In this document: in pieces, positions 1-11,360 of the stretch
Layout of the letters: every line of letters begins with the position of its first letter
Position numbering within the stretch: position 1 is the stretch's first letter
Source of the DNA: Anoxybacillaceae bacterium
Lineage (GTDB): Bacteria > Bacillota > Bacilli > Bacillales > Anoxybacillaceae
Length of the DNA: 64,000 nt
NCBI GenBank assembly: GCA_041920415.1
Contig: JBHGYD010000006.1
Location: forward strand, 31,683 to 95,682
Direction: 5' to 3'
Notes under the pieces: model-generated
Seen by the model: only the letters and a program-made list of their open reading frames with translations
Database searches by the model: none
What the model was told of the DNA's origin: nothing
Made by a program: the position numbers and the translations under genes

Positions 1-768
1 ACTCCTTTCGCTATAATTGTACCGGTTTCTTTTTATTCATTGCTGCAATCAGTTGAAGACTACTACCAACGATCTTTAATCAGCACGGTAACCCGTTGGT
101 TGCGCTACATATTTCTCTTGATATCTCTTTTACTGCCTTCGTTGTATGTAGCGATCCTTACCTTTCATCAGGAAATGATTCCTACTACACTTTTAATAAG
201 CGTAGCTGCTTCCCGGGAGATGATTCCCTTTCCGGCACTGGTTGAAACGTTACTCATGGAAGTGGTATTTGAAGCCCTGCGTGAAGCGGGATTGAGGCTT
301 CCTAAACAAGCAGGTGCTGCAGTTAGCATCGTTGGTGCGCTGGTGATTGGGCAAGCTGCGATCCAAGCAGGGCTTGCTTCTTCTCCTCTGATCATGGTCG
401 TCTCATTAACAGGGATTGCTTCTTTTACCGTTCCCCGCTATACGGCTGGAGTCGCATTAAGGATGCTGCGCTTTCCGATGGTCTTATTGGCAGGGACGTT
501 AGGGCTTCTCGGAATTATGCTCGGGCTGCTCATGATTCTTACTCATATGGCGGCGCTTCGTTCTTTCGGCGTTCCTTATTTATCTCCTATGGCTCCAATG
601 CAAGGGAGAGAAATAAAAGACGTATTGATACGCGCGCCTTTATGGAAGCTCAATACGCGCCCTCATTTAACGGGAGCCAATAATAATATTCAACGGAAAG
701 ATCCGAATCAGAAACCGAGTCCTGATTACGGAGATGACAAGACGAGTAAAGACCAAGGAGGATCATGA
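1..768 (+). CDS. Spore germination receptor A subunit (GerA/GerKA family), C-terminal part; the 5' end lies outside the window
   Basis: The frame is open from nt 1 (TPFAIIVPVSFYSLLQSVEDYYQRS...). The multi-TM C-terminal half is typical of GerA-family A subunits. The stop overlaps the next start (ATGA at 765-768). Confidence 0.85.
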   Translation, partial: TPFAIIVPVSFYSLLQSVEDYYQRSLISTVTRWLRYIFLLISLLLPSLYVAILTFHQEMIPTTLLISVAASREMIPFPALVETLLMEVVFEALREAGLRLPKQAGAAVSIVGALVIGQAAIQAGLASSPLIMVVSLTGIASFTVPRYTAGVALRMLRFPMVLLAGTLGLLGIMLGLLMILTHMAALRSFGVPYLSPMAPMQGREIKDVLIRAPLWKLNTRPHLTGANNNIQRKDPNQKPSPDYGDDKTSKDQGGS

Positions 769-1880
769 TCATGATCGAGAAAGGAAAAATATCTGCCGCA
801 CAAATGGGGATGATGATGTATCCTACGATTATCGCAACAGCCATTCTCTTAGTCCCTGCAATCACCGCCCGGCACGCAAAGCAGGATATGTGGCTCTCTC
901 CTCTTTGGGCTTCTCTCATCGGTTTTTTGACGGTTCATATTGCCGTTCGGTTACATCAGCTTTATCCAAAAAAAACCATCATCGAGTACAGCGAAGATAT
1001 TCTTGGCAAGTTTCTGGGGAAAGTGATTGGGTTGATCTTTTTATTTTACTATTTGCATGCAACCGGAATTATTATCCGAGAGTATGGCGAATTTGTTGTA
1101 GGTAACTTTCTTGTTCATACTCCATTAGTCTTTGTAATGGGAAGTATGATTCTAGTGTGCTCCTTTGCCGTTCGCAGTGGTGTGGAAGTGATAGCCAGAC
1201 TTGCGGAAATGATTATACCTGTTGTGATCATTCTGATATTTATCAATATTATCCTTTTGATTCCAGATATGGAAGTAAAGAATATGTTTCCTATCATGGA
1301 AAAGGGAATAATGCCCTCACTCATGGGTGCGGTGATCCCGCAAGGTTGGTTTACTGAATTCCTCCTCATCGCTTTTCTGCTTCCTTACGTAGCCGATCGC
1401 AACAAAGCAAAAAAGTGGGGTATGATCTCGGTCAGCGCCGTCATGTTGACCTTATCTCTTATCAACATTACCGTCCTTTTCGTCCTAGGAGGAATCACAT
1501 CCCGTTTTCTCTATCCGGCGATAAGCGCCGTCCGTTACATTAGTATCGCGGATTTTCTAGAACACATTGAAGCCATCGTAATGGCCCTTTGGGTAGCAGG
1601 GGTTTTTTTAAAGATTGCTGTCTTTTATTACGCTTTAGTGTTGGGAACGGCTCAATGGATGAATTTGTCAGATTATCGTCTGATCGTTTTTCCGATGGGA
1701 TTTTTATTGCTGTTATTTGCCGTCTGGTCGGCGCCGAATTTAATGGAATTGACCCATTTTCTAGGAAGTTCTTCTCCGTTTTACCGGATTTCGATTCAAG
1801 TAGGAATTCCTCTTATTCTGCTATTCATCGCAAAATGGCGCAGAAGAACCAACAACCAAAAGTTAACACAACAAGGATAA
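765..1880 (+). CDS. Spore germination receptor B subunit (GerAB/GerKB-type permease-like membrane protein)
   Basis: 371 aa and very hydrophobic, with about 10 TM segments. It is translationally coupled to the A subunit, in the classic A-B-C operon order. Confidence 0.85.
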   Translation: MIMIEKGKISAAQMGMMMYPTIIATAILLVPAITARHAKQDMWLSPLWASLIGFLTVHIAVRLHQLYPKKTIIEYSEDILGKFLGKVIGLIFLFYYLHATGIIIREYGEFVVGNFLVHTPLVFVMGSMILVCSFAVRSGVEVIARLAEMIIPVVIILIFINIILLIPDMEVKNMFPIMEKGIMPSLMGAVIPQGWFTEFLLIAFLLPYVADRNKAKKWGMISVSAVMLTLSLINITVLFVLGGITSRFLYPAISAVRYISIADFLEHIEAIVMALWVAGVFLKIAVFYYALVLGTAQWMNLSDYRLIVFPMGFLLLLFAVWSAPNLMELTHFLGSSSPFYRISIQVGIPLILLFIAKWRRRTNNQKLTQQG

Positions 1881-1921
1881 GGACAGCAACGAAACAAGGG
1901 GTAAAAAGGAGATAAACAAGG

Positions 1922-3115
1922 ATGAGCATCTTACAAAAAACAGCAAAAATTCTTTTCATTTGCGTTCATCTTATTTTGCTAAGCGGCTGTTGGGACCGAA
2001 CGGAAGTAAACGATTTAATGCTAATCGTAGGATTAGGAATTGATCAAACAAAAGATGGAAAAATCATGCTTACAGTGGAACTAATCGTCCCTCAAGCAGT
2101 CGGTGGAGGTCAGATGATGGGTGGTGGCGGCGGCGGGGGCGGGGGGCAAACGATAGTAAAATCGGGAACGGGTACTACCGTGGCTGACGCGATCTCGAAC
2201 CTGCAAGAAAAAATTTCTCGCCGTGTCTTCTGGGGGCACACGAAGGCAATTGTGTTCGGAGAGAGAGCAGCAAAAGCAGGGATTCGCCAACATCTCGACT
2301 TTCTGAGCCGCAATCCGCAAATTCGCCTTCGTTCCAATCTATTAGTAAGTAAAGGAACCGCGAAAAGTGTGCTCGAATTACTACCGCCGATCGAACAAAG
2401 CTCATCAGAAGTGCTGCGGGAATTGTCAGAATCGCAACTTTTATTGAATGTAACGATAAAAGACGCTCTGCAAATGCTAAGCGGCGATACCGGTGCGGTA
2501 GCTCTTCCTATGGTGAAGATCTTGCCTCCGGAAAAAGGGAAAAAAGATCTACAAACCATTGCGTTTATTCAACGCACCGCCATTTTTAAGAAGGATAAAA
2601 TGATCGGGGATATTGATGATCAGTTGACTCGGGGTGTACTTTGGCTCAGAAATGAGATTAAACGAGCAAATATTACGGTTACGCTTAAAGGAGAAAAAGG
2701 AAATATCACGGCCACGATGTTAAGGGCGCATACAGAATTCATCCCCAAATACGAGAAAGGCAAATGGAAGATGATCGTGAAAGCGACTGCGGACGACGAT
2801 ATTATACTAAACGGAACGAAACTGAACTTGCTAAACCCTAAGTATACAAAAATGATCGAAAAAGAATTGGAAAATGAGACGAATGAGCGCATGAAAGCCG
2901 CATTGAAAAAAGTACAAAAAGAGATGAAAGCTGATATTTTTGGCTTTGCAGACATGTTCCACCGAAAATATCCAAGAGAATGGAATCAGGTAAAAAATCG
3001 TTGGGATGAAGTCTTCCCTACCGTTGAAGTGATCATGAAGACGAAAGCATACGTCCGCAGACCGGGAATAAACACCGCTCCGCAAGGATTGCCTGAGGAT
3101 GAGGTGAAACAATAA
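1922..3115 (+). CDS. Spore germination receptor C subunit (lipoprotein)
   Basis: 397 aa with a signal peptide and lipobox (LLSGC). It is GerAC/GerKC-like and the third gene of the operon. It contains a GGGQMMG9 tract. Confidence 0.85.
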   Translation: MSILQKTAKILFICVHLILLSGCWDRTEVNDLMLIVGLGIDQTKDGKIMLTVELIVPQAVGGGQMMGGGGGGGGGQTIVKSGTGTTVADAISNLQEKISRRVFWGHTKAIVFGERAAKAGIRQHLDFLSRNPQIRLRSNLLVSKGTAKSVLELLPPIEQSSSEVLRELSESQLLLNVTIKDALQMLSGDTGAVALPMVKILPPEKGKKDLQTIAFIQRTAIFKKDKMIGDIDDQLTRGVLWLRNEIKRANITVTLKGEKGNITATMLRAHTEFIPKYEKGKWKMIVKATADDDIILNGTKLNLLNPKYTKMIEKELENETNERMKAALKKVQKEMKADIFGFADMFHRKYPREWNQVKNRWDEVFPTVEVIMKTKAYVRRPGINTAPQGLPEDEVKQ

Positions 3116-3342
3116 TGAAAGCTGGTTTTATACTAGGTACTTTTGTTCTCGTTGTGCTCATCTTTCTATACGAATGGCCGCGAATCAATCGAACACAGAA
3201 AAAAGAAAAAGTGGTTTTTATTGTACTGCTAAGCCTGGGAACGATTCTTGCGATTGTGTTAATATGGAACCCCGATCTTCCGGGGCCGACGCAGATGATC
3301 GATTACATTTATAAACCTCTCGGACGAATGCTTGAAAAATAA
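3115..3342 (+). CDS. Small two-TM membrane protein, possible germinant-receptor D subunit
   Basis: 75 aa with two hydrophobic helices. Its ATG overlaps the stop of the C-subunit gene (TAATG). A bidirectional terminator lies about 215 nt downstream. Confidence 0.5.
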   Translation: MKAGFILGTFVLVVLIFLYEWPRINRTQKKEKVVFIVLLSLGTILAIVLIWNPDLPGPTQMIDYIYKPLGRMLEK

Positions 3343-3552
3343 AGGAAAGTTTCTTATTCTGCCTTATGTATTTTTGTCTTGAGGAACAAAAACAGCATCA
3401 CCCGAAACGGGCACTTTGTCAATGGAGATCATGAGTAAAACATGGTTGCAACAAGATGAACGATTGATTTCGTTCATGTTCATCCTCTTATTATGTTTAA
3501 GGAAAAAATCAGGTTCATGAACGCTTTCCTCACACTCGATTTTTTCCATAAA

Positions 3553-3589
3553 ATTAAAAGCTGACTCGATCGCAATTCGAGTCAGCTTT

Positions 3590-3592
<3 letters not shown>
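3553..3592. terminator. Bidirectional rho-independent terminator between the ger operon and fni
   Basis: Stem agctgactcga/tcgagtcagct (3559-3569 / 3577-3587), flanked by an A-run and a T-run. Confidence 0.7.
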
Positions 3593-4645
<1,053 letters not shown>

Positions 4646-4654
4646 TCACCATTA

Positions 4655-5815
4655 TTATTTTAATTTCTTTAGTTGTTCACCAATCACTTCGCCTAGCTGG
4701 AATCCTGATGGCTCATTCAACGATTTCGTATATTGGCTATAGTCTTCCTCAGTGCCTGTTTCTTCCAACAACTCGCGCATGCTTAATGAAATGCGACGAT
4801 CTGCTTCGTTCACTTCAAGCACTCTCGCTTTTACTTCGTCTCCTTCTTTTAACACTTCGTGCGGAGTACCAATATGTTTGTTCGAGATTTGAGAAATATG
4901 CACAAGTCCCTCGACACCAGGAAAAATCTCGATAAACGCTCCAAACGGAACAAGACGTTTCACTTTTCCACTTACGACATCACCAGGTTTGATTTTTTCA
5001 GAAATTCCTTCCCATGGCCCCGGTAACGCTTCTTTAATGGATAACGAAATGCGTCCATTCTCTTCGTCAACGGAAAGCACTTTTACCTTTACCGCCTCGC
5101 CTTCTTGGACAACGTCGGATGGATGAGCGACACGAGCATGAGAAAGTTGAGAAATATGTACAAGTCCATCAAAGCCACCGATGTCGACAAACACCCCAAA
5201 ATCCGTAATACGGCGCACCGTTCCTTCGAGCACTTGCCCGATTTGTAACTGGCGAAACGCTTGTTTTCGTTGTTCTTCTTTCTCTTGTTCAACAACAGCG
5301 CGATGTGATAAAACGACACGGTTTTTCTCGCGATCCAATTCAACGACTTTCACTTTTAGCGTGCGATCTTTATAGTCGGAAAAATCTTCAACAAAATGCG
5401 TTTCGACTAATGAAGCAGGGATGAATCCTCTTACACCAACATCAGCAACAAGTCCGCCTTTGACAATGTCTTTCACGACAACGTCAAACGCTTCCCCGCT
5501 CGCAAATTTTTTCTCTAACTCTTCCCAAGCGCGATCAGCATCGGCTGCTTTTTTTGATAAAATTAACAACCCTTCTTCTTCATTTGCGCCTTCCTCAACT
5601 TTTTTTACTTTAGCGGTAATCTCGTCACCTACGGAAACCGCATCACTCGTTTTTTCAATGTGAAGGCTCGATAATTCACTAATCGGAATAATACCGCTTT
5701 GCTTGCTTCCTGCAATATCGACAAGTACTTGCTTATCTTCGACTTTTACGACTTTTCCTTGAACAATATCACCTACCTTATACACGTTTACTTCCAAATT
5801 CATGTCCTCTACCAT
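4655..5815 (-). CDS. rpsA: 30S ribosomal protein S1 homologue (four S1 domains)
   Basis: 386 aa with four repeated S1 RNA-binding modules (G..V.G.V....FG.FV....G.GL.HISQ/E). It occupies the position of B. subtilis ypfD. Confidence 0.9.
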   Translation of the reverse strand: MVEDMNLEVNVYKVGDIVQGKVVKVEDKQVLVDIAGSKQSGIIPISELSSLHIEKTSDAVSVGDEITAKVKKVEEGANEEEGLLILSKKAADADRAWEELEKKFASGEAFDVVVKDIVKGGLVADVGVRGFIPASLVETHFVEDFSDYKDRTLKVKVVELDREKNRVVLSHRAVVEQEKEEQRKQAFRQLQIGQVLEGTVRRITDFGVFVDIGGFDGLVHISQLSHARVAHPSDVVQEGEAVKVKVLSVDEENGRISLSIKEALPGPWEGISEKIKPGDVVSGKVKRLVPFGAFIEIFPGVEGLVHISQISNKHIGTPHEVLKEGDEVKARVLEVNEADRRISLSMRELLEETGTEEDYSQYTKSLNEPSGFQLGEVIGEQLKKLK

Positions 5816-6003
5816 TCTTAACCCTCCTTAATCCACTGCCAGTTCGCGCAGCTTTGCCATCCATAAAAGTTGGAACATACTTCCTACTATTACTATATCA
5901 TGTCCAAAGGAAAAAACGTTATGATTTTATCAATGATTTTTCCAAAAGAACCACTTTTCTATTCATTATACGATATTTTCTCAAAAGAAATGTAAGTGAA
6001 TGC

Positions 6004-6594
6004 TCATTGGTGTTCATCTAAAAGGGCTTGAATATGGCTCATAATATAGTCAGTCACTTCTTCAGGGGAGGCTTTTCGCTCACGAAACGGCTCCATATCA
6101 ATCGGCGTCCCGTAAACGACTTTCAATTTTTTGAATGGGCGATACGGCCCAATAATCGCGCAAGGGACGACCGCCGCATTCGTCCGTAAAGCGAAAAAAC
6201 CGACGCCGGATAACCCTTTTTGTAGTTTTCCGTCTTTATTTCGCGTTCCTTCAGGAAAAATCCCTAACACATTTCCTTGTTTTAACACATCTAGGCCGAT
6301 TCGTAATGCTTGGCGGTCGCTCATTCCTCGTTTCACTGGAAACGCATGTAACGGAGGAAGCAAATGCTTCAACACCGGCACATGAAACAGCTCTTCTTTC
6401 GCCATAAAATGAATGGGACGAGGAGCGGTAATACCAACGATGGGAGGGTCAAGATTGCTAATATGGTTCGAACAAAGAAGCACGCCCCCTTCTTTTGGAA
6501 ACTGCTCTACACCGATGACTTCGACACGATAAAGGGGCTTTAAAATACTCGCTACAACCCCCTTCGCAAACGAATAAAAATCCAACCTTATCAA
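6004..6594 (-). CDS. 1-acyl-sn-glycerol-3-phosphate acyltransferase family protein
   Basis: 196 aa with the acyltransferase motifs NHISNLDP (HX4D) and FPEGTR. It overlaps the cmk stop by 4 nt. Confidence 0.8.
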   Translation of the reverse strand: MIRLDFYSFAKGVVASILKPLYRVEVIGVEQFPKEGGVLLCSNHISNLDPPIVGITAPRPIHFMAKEELFHVPVLKHLLPPLHAFPVKRGMSDRQALRIGLDVLKQGNVLGIFPEGTRNKDGKLQKGLSGVGFFALRTNAAVVPCAIIGPYRPFKKLKVVYGTPIDMEPFRERKASPEEVTDYIMSHIQALLDEHQ

Positions 6595-7262
6595 ATCCTT
6601 TCGTTTATAATTTTCATAATTTCGTTCACGACATCCTCAATTGATAAAGAAGTTGTGTCAATTTCAACGGCATCTTCCGCTTTTTTCAGTGGCGCTACTT
6701 CCCGCTCCGAGTCAAGCTTGTCGCGACGAGCAATTTCTTTTTTTAACGTTTCAAGGTCGGACGCAAATCCTCTCGCAATATTTTCCGCATGACGGCGCTT
6801 TGCCCTTTCGTCGACGGATGCTTTTAAAAAGATTTTCACCTCCGCGTGCGGAAGAACATATGTACCGATATCACGCCCATCCATCACGACTCCACCATGT
6901 TTCGCAAAGGCGCGCTGACGTACTACCATCTCTTCACGCACTAATGGATGCTTGGCCACTAACGATACGGAGTTCGTCACTTCCTCCCCGCGAATCACGT
7001 TCGTGACATCTTCTCCATTGACAAATACAAGTTGTCCACGATCGGACGGCTTTAATTCAATATATGTATCTTTTAATAAAGCAATTAATGCATTTTCATC
7101 GCATAAATCAATTCCTTCTTGCAAGGCGCGATACGTTAATGCGCGATACATCGCTCCGGTATCGATATAAAGATAAGAAAGCTTCTCGGCCAATATTTTG
7201 GCCACAGTGCTTTTTCCGGCCGCTGCCGGTCCATCAATTGCAATCGATATTCGTTTACTCAT
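6591..7262 (-). CDS. cmk: Cytidylate kinase
   Basis: P-loop [16 protein letters not shown] and cytidylate-kinase-like sequence throughout. The ATG at 7262 is preceded by AGGTGG. The track ORF start at 7271 is an upstream alternative. Confidence 0.92.
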   Translation of the reverse strand: MSKRISIAIDGPAAAGKSTVAKILAEKLSYLYIDTGAMYRALTYRALQEGIDLCDENALIALLKDTYIELKPSDRGQLVFVNGEDVTNVIRGEEVTNSVSLVAKHPLVREEMVVRQRAFAKHGGVVMDGRDIGTYVLPHAEVKIFLKASVDERAKRRHAENIARGFASDLETLKKEIARRDKLDSEREVAPLKKAEDAVEIDTTSLSIEDVVNEIMKIINERI

Positions 7263-7356
7263 CAAAACCACCTACAATCATCCAAATCTATTTTTTATCA
7301 AAGAAAAAAGCAGGAAATTCCCTGCGTACTTCGATGCTATTTTACCATATGAACCG

Positions 7357-7536
7357 TCACCGGTCGACGATTGTTTCGATTGTTTTTGTTTTTTCTTGTT
7401 TACTAACGCCTTCATATTCATAAATTTTTCCTAAATAAGGGGCAAACGGTGTGTATAATAGTAAACATTGCGCAATGAATAAAAAAATACATTGAATGAT
7501 CACTAATTTTAACAAGATTCGTTCAATCCGTTTCAC
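7357..7536 (-). CDS. Small membrane protein (59 aa), YpfB-like by position
   Basis: My own translation gives VKRIERILLKLVIIQCIFLFIAQCLLLYTPFAPYLGKIYEYEGVSKQEKTKTIETIVDR. It has a GTG start with GAAAGG upstream. A terminator follows (gcagggaatttcctgc + T-run, about 7305-7327). At 59 aa it is shorter than any ORF listed in the supplied track. Confidence 0.5.
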   Translation of the reverse strand: MKRIERILLKLVIIQCIFLFIAQCLLLYTPFAPYLGKIYEYEGVSKQEKTKTIETIVDR

Positions 7537-7593
7537 GATGTGACAGCCTTTCGTTTTTGTCCATATTATTCCACATTCCTATTTCTTTTATTC

Positions 7594-8259
7594 TCATTCG
7601 CCTTCTTCCTTTTGCCGCATTTCCAGCTGCCGCTCAAAACTATAACGAATCAATAGCACTCGTTCTTGCGGAGTCATCTTGAGAAATTGCAAAGAAGCTC
7701 TATACACATCGCTATGTTCCACTTGAAAGATACGAATCATTTTCGCGGGTAATTGCAAATAATGATACTCCCCCGATTTCATTTGCAACACAAGCCATGC
7801 TTCTACGACGATGCCCGGTGAGAGCTGTTTGAATTGCTTCGGAAGGACAATCGCTGCTCCGCCCGCACTTATATCGGTCGTCACCGTCGTAAACGGTGAA
7901 AATTCGCCATGAAGCGGATGAATCGCAATATCTACATTCGCTTCCACCCGAACATATTGACGGCGCTGAACACGAACGAGCTGCTCTTCTCCCGGATACG
8001 AAAGAACCACCATCGGAATTGGCTCGCGAACTTTCCCCGTTACTTCTGTGTCAAATAAATAAAGACTATGATCTTTTCCAACAAAGCTTGCTTTAAATTG
8101 CATCCCATTTAATAAAAAAACGGTTTTTCCTGTTTTTGTATTTACCGGATAATCAATATGTATATAATTAGGGAATATGTCCATAACTTTACACTTATAT
8201 TCGTGTACCTCTTCCCCATTGGTCGACTCAAGAATTAATGTATCCCCGATTTTGATCAT
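7594..8259 (-). CDS. motI: PilZ-domain c-di-GMP receptor / flagellar brake protein (YpfA/DgrA/MotI-like)
   Basis: 221 aa with PilZ signatures RRQYVRV and DISAGG after a YcgR-N-like domain. It occupies the same position as B. subtilis ypfA. Confidence 0.85.
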   Translation of the reverse strand: MIKIGDTLILESTNGEEVHEYKCKVMDIFPNYIHIDYPVNTKTGKTVFLLNGMQFKASFVGKDHSLYLFDTEVTGKVREPIPMVVLSYPGEEQLVRVQRRQYVRVEANVDIAIHPLHGEFSPFTTVTTDISAGGAAIVLPKQFKQLSPGIVVEAWLVLQMKSGEYHYLQLPAKMIRIFQVEHSDVYRASLQFLKMTPQERVLLIRYSFERQLEMRQKEEGE

Positions 8260-8304
8260 TCGTTCTCCCTCACATTCATCAGCTGTTTCTATACTTTAAT
8301 TAAA

Positions 8305-8335
8305 CAAAAAGGAAAAGCTCCTGACAAGCTTTTCC
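8305..8335 (-). terminator. Terminator downstream of ypeB
   Basis: Stem ggaaaagct/agcttttcc (8311-8319 / 8327-8335) with a U-run on the minus strand. Confidence 0.7.
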
Positions 8336-8351
8336 TTTACTTATATATTTG

Positions 8352-9680
8352 CTATGCACTTTGAAGTTTGTCTACTTTTTCTTCTACTCCATTTTCCGCA
8401 TTAATGAAAATTTGATACGTGTCTTCTCCTAATGTACCTAAAAACTCATAACAAAGCACTTCTTGATTCAAGTCATTCGTAATTACCGCTTGTCGTTGTT
8501 CCATCACTTTTACATTCGGGTTTAGTTTCGCTCGCGCTTGCTCTAACGTTATTTTCGGTTTCGGCCATCGGTGAATGATATCGGATGATAAATAATCTCG
8601 AGCAGAAAACCCGACAATCGTACCATCATCAAGTGCCACTTTCATTTTGATCGCCTCTGGATAAACACGAATACCGTGCTCGTTTGTTACAAACGTCAAC
8701 ACAGCTATATTATCATATTGGGTGCTATCATATAGCTCTAAATTCGCAAATTTATTCTTCTGTAAAAATGTCATACCTTTCATTGCTGCTTCATGTAAGC
8801 TAATCGTTTGCTTTTTAATCGGGCGATTATTAATAACCCAAATTGGATAGCCGCCTTTTTCGGTAATATCCATATACGTTTCTCTTTTCGTTTTCGGATC
8901 ATAAATCGACAAGCTGTAAAACCTTTCGTCTGCTCCTTTCCCGCTCCGAACCGCCGTCACGTTTTCCGTCCCTTTTAATCCTAAAAAGGAAGTGGCAATC
9001 GCTTTTGCTTCTTCTTTTGTAATGCGCTTTCCTTGCGCCCGCACAAATCCTTTTTCTTTATTTTGTAGACTCGTAAAGGTCGGAGCGAAATTAGCGGTTT
9101 CCGAAAACGATTCAACATTGTTCTCGACCGTTTTAAATCCGTCGATAATGGTATTATCGCTTGGTCGGTTGTTCGTCGCCAGCGCAAGCTCTACATCCAT
9201 CCAACGTAAATTATTTTTTAATACCAAATGTTGGACATTACGAAGTTCGTTTTGAATGTCTGCAGCATTTTGATAAAGTGTTTGTAATGTTCGATATTCT
9301 TCTTTTGTCAATGGTTCTTTCTCTAAATCGCGAATGGCCGTGCGATAACTAAATGTACCAATCCGTGAAAGAAACTCTTGTGTTTTATTAAAAGGAAGTA
9401 ACGAAAGCGGCAACTGCCCAACATCCGAATGCGCTTCTGCAGCGATTCGCCATACTTCCGCAAGCGCAGGCGATAGAGACATGCGCGAATTCATCGCCAA
9501 GGTCGTGCCGATTTTATCGTGCAGTAAATCCATTTGATACGTTAAATCATGAAACGCGCGCTGATAGTTGTTTTCTGCATGCACTAATATTGCGTTTTTT
9601 TCTTGATGCTCCCGATATCCCCAATAAGCCGTTCCAACAACTCCAAGTGACAAAAAGCCAATGAGTAACACTCTTAACAT
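8352..9680 (-). CDS. ypeB: Germination protein YpeB (partner of SleB)
   Basis: It has an N-terminal membrane anchor and PepSY-like C-terminal repeats, and lies immediately downstream of sleB. The ATG at 9680 is preceded by AGGTGG. Confidence 0.9.
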   Translation of the reverse strand: MLRVLLIGFLSLGVVGTAYWGYREHQEKNAILVHAENNYQRAFHDLTYQMDLLHDKIGTTLAMNSRMSLSPALAEVWRIAAEAHSDVGQLPLSLLPFNKTQEFLSRIGTFSYRTAIRDLEKEPLTKEEYRTLQTLYQNAADIQNELRNVQHLVLKNNLRWMDVELALATNNRPSDNTIIDGFKTVENNVESFSETANFAPTFTSLQNKEKGFVRAQGKRITKEEAKAIATSFLGLKGTENVTAVRSGKGADERFYSLSIYDPKTKRETYMDITEKGGYPIWVINNRPIKKQTISLHEAAMKGMTFLQKNKFANLELYDSTQYDNIAVLTFVTNEHGIRVYPEAIKMKVALDDGTIVGFSARDYLSSDIIHRWPKPKITLEQARAKLNPNVKVMEQRQAVITNDLNQEVLCYEFLGTLGEDTYQIFINAENGVEEKVDKLQSA

Positions 9681-9697
9681 GACGACCACCTACCTTT

Positions 9698-10498
9698 TTA
9701 TTTACAAAAAATATGCTTCCCAATTCGTTTAATTTTCGGGCGATTCCATATCCATCCGTTCGTTGCTGTACTCGGATTAAAATAGTAAATCGCCCCATCG
9801 GAAGGATCCCAACCGTTAATCGCATCAAGAACAGCTTTTTTTGCTGTTTCATTTGGGGTGAGCCAAATTTGTCCATCCGCTACAGCCGTAAATGCCCCAG
9901 GCTGAAAAATAACCCCCGCTACGCTCTTGGGAAAAGAAGGGTGTTCTAGACGATTTAAAATGACAGCAGCAATCGCCACCTGACCGATGTAAGGCTCTCC
10001 GCGAGCTTCTCCATGTACCGCATTGGCCATTAATTGAATATCGTTTTGTGAAAATCCTTTTGGCACATTCGTAGCCGTTACTCTAACAGAGGACTTTCCT
10101 TTTTGTTTTACCTGTTGGCTTAACGGTTTGCCACCGTAATGCGTAAATGAATTTCCTTTTCGAATTTGTTCTTTCACGAACGATTCGTAATACTTTGATA
10201 CTTTTACTAATTTTGCTTTTGTACTCTCACCGGCTAATCCATCAATTGGTAAGCCAAATTTGTATTGAAAGTTACGCAACGCCCAATATGTACTCCATCC
10301 AAATACCCCATCGATTTTTCCGTTATAAAAACCGATATATTGCAAACGCGCTTGTAACTCAATGACATCATCACCAACGGCACCGCGCTGGATGACTTGA
10401 TTGGAAAAGGCGTGCGCTTCCTTCATTGACAGCTCATATGTCAATAAAAAAGCAAACAAACATACCATCATTCGCCAACGTTTCGATTTGAGAAACAT
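9698..10498 (-). CDS. sleB: Spore cortex-lytic enzyme SleB
   Basis: It has a signal peptide, a peptidoglycan-binding repeat (LQARLQYIGFYNGKIDGVFG) and a SleB-type hydrolase domain (GEARGEPYIGQVAIAAVILNR). The ATG at 10498 is preceded by GGGAGG. Confidence 0.92.
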   Translation of the reverse strand: MFLKSKRWRMMVCLFAFLLTYELSMKEAHAFSNQVIQRGAVGDDVIELQARLQYIGFYNGKIDGVFGWSTYWALRNFQYKFGLPIDGLAGESTKAKLVKVSKYYESFVKEQIRKGNSFTHYGGKPLSQQVKQKGKSSVRVTATNVPKGFSQNDIQLMANAVHGEARGEPYIGQVAIAAVILNRLEHPSFPKSVAGVIFQPGAFTAVADGQIWLTPNETAKKAVLDAINGWDPSDGAIYYFNPSTATNGWIWNRPKIKRIGKHIFCK

Positions 10499-10590
10499 CC
10501 GTAAACCTCCCTCATCCATCCAATTGTTTTATCCCTATTTTTCGTCTAAACTTCCTTTTTATGCAAAAAAAAAGAAAAAGCCAAGCTGAT

Positions 10591-11283
10591 TTAGGCTTGA
10601 CTTTTTGCTGGGGAGGCTGCTTCATGATAGTAAAGTCCTTTTGCTTGTTTCACTTTCCGAAGCGCGAGCCACCATAAAAATAACATAAACGGCAACATGT
10701 AATAGCCCCATTTTTCCTGCGTTAATAAAATAAAATCGTACATACCGTGTAAGATAAACGGCAAGAAAAATGAAAAACAGAGGTAGCGACGTTTTCGACC
10801 ATGAAACTTTGCCTTTCCTAAATAAAATCCCATCATGACCGCGAACAACGCATGGCTTGATACCGGCAACACCGCTCTTGTGACTGCAACCTCGACACCG
10901 TTCGCAAGCAAATATAAAATATTTTCTATCGTCGCAAAACCAAGTGACACACTCGCACTATAAACGATTCCGTCATACGGTTCATCGAATTCTTGATGAT
11001 CAAAAATAAAGAAATACACGACAAACCATTTGACAAATTCCTCAAGCAATCCTGAGGCAAAAAATGCTCGAGCAAATTTTGTCGTTACGATTCCCTCTGC
11101 ATCGAAAACATGTTGAATAAACATAATCGGAAAAACGAGAATCGCGCCAAATAAAAACGTACGCAACACAAGCGATAATGGCTCGGTTTCATATTCGTCC
11201 TTTAAATAAAAATAGCTAAGCAGCGCAACACCCGGTGCAATGCCAGCAGAAATAATCGTTAACATATCAATCCTCGTTTCCAT
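10591..11283 (-). CDS. prsW: PrsW-family intramembrane metalloprotease (site-1 protease for anti-sigma-W)
   Basis: 230 aa and polytopic, with EEFVKW and HALFAVMMG motifs. It occupies the position of B. subtilis ypdC. Confidence 0.85.
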   Translation of the reverse strand: METRIDMLTIISAGIAPGVALLSYFYLKDEYETEPLSLVLRTFLFGAILVFPIMFIQHVFDAEGIVTTKFARAFFASGLLEEFVKWFVVYFFIFDHQEFDEPYDGIVYSASVSLGFATIENILYLLANGVEVAVTRAVLPVSSHALFAVMMGFYLGKAKFHGRKRRYLCFSFFLPFILHGMYDFILLTQEKWGYYMLPFMLFLWWLALRKVKQAKGLYYHEAASPAKSQA

Positions 11284-11360
11284 CCGTTTTTTTTAATGGT
11301 AACATGAAGTTATAACGATTGAAAATAACATTTCTTTTAATAGATTACGGAGGAAAAGCA

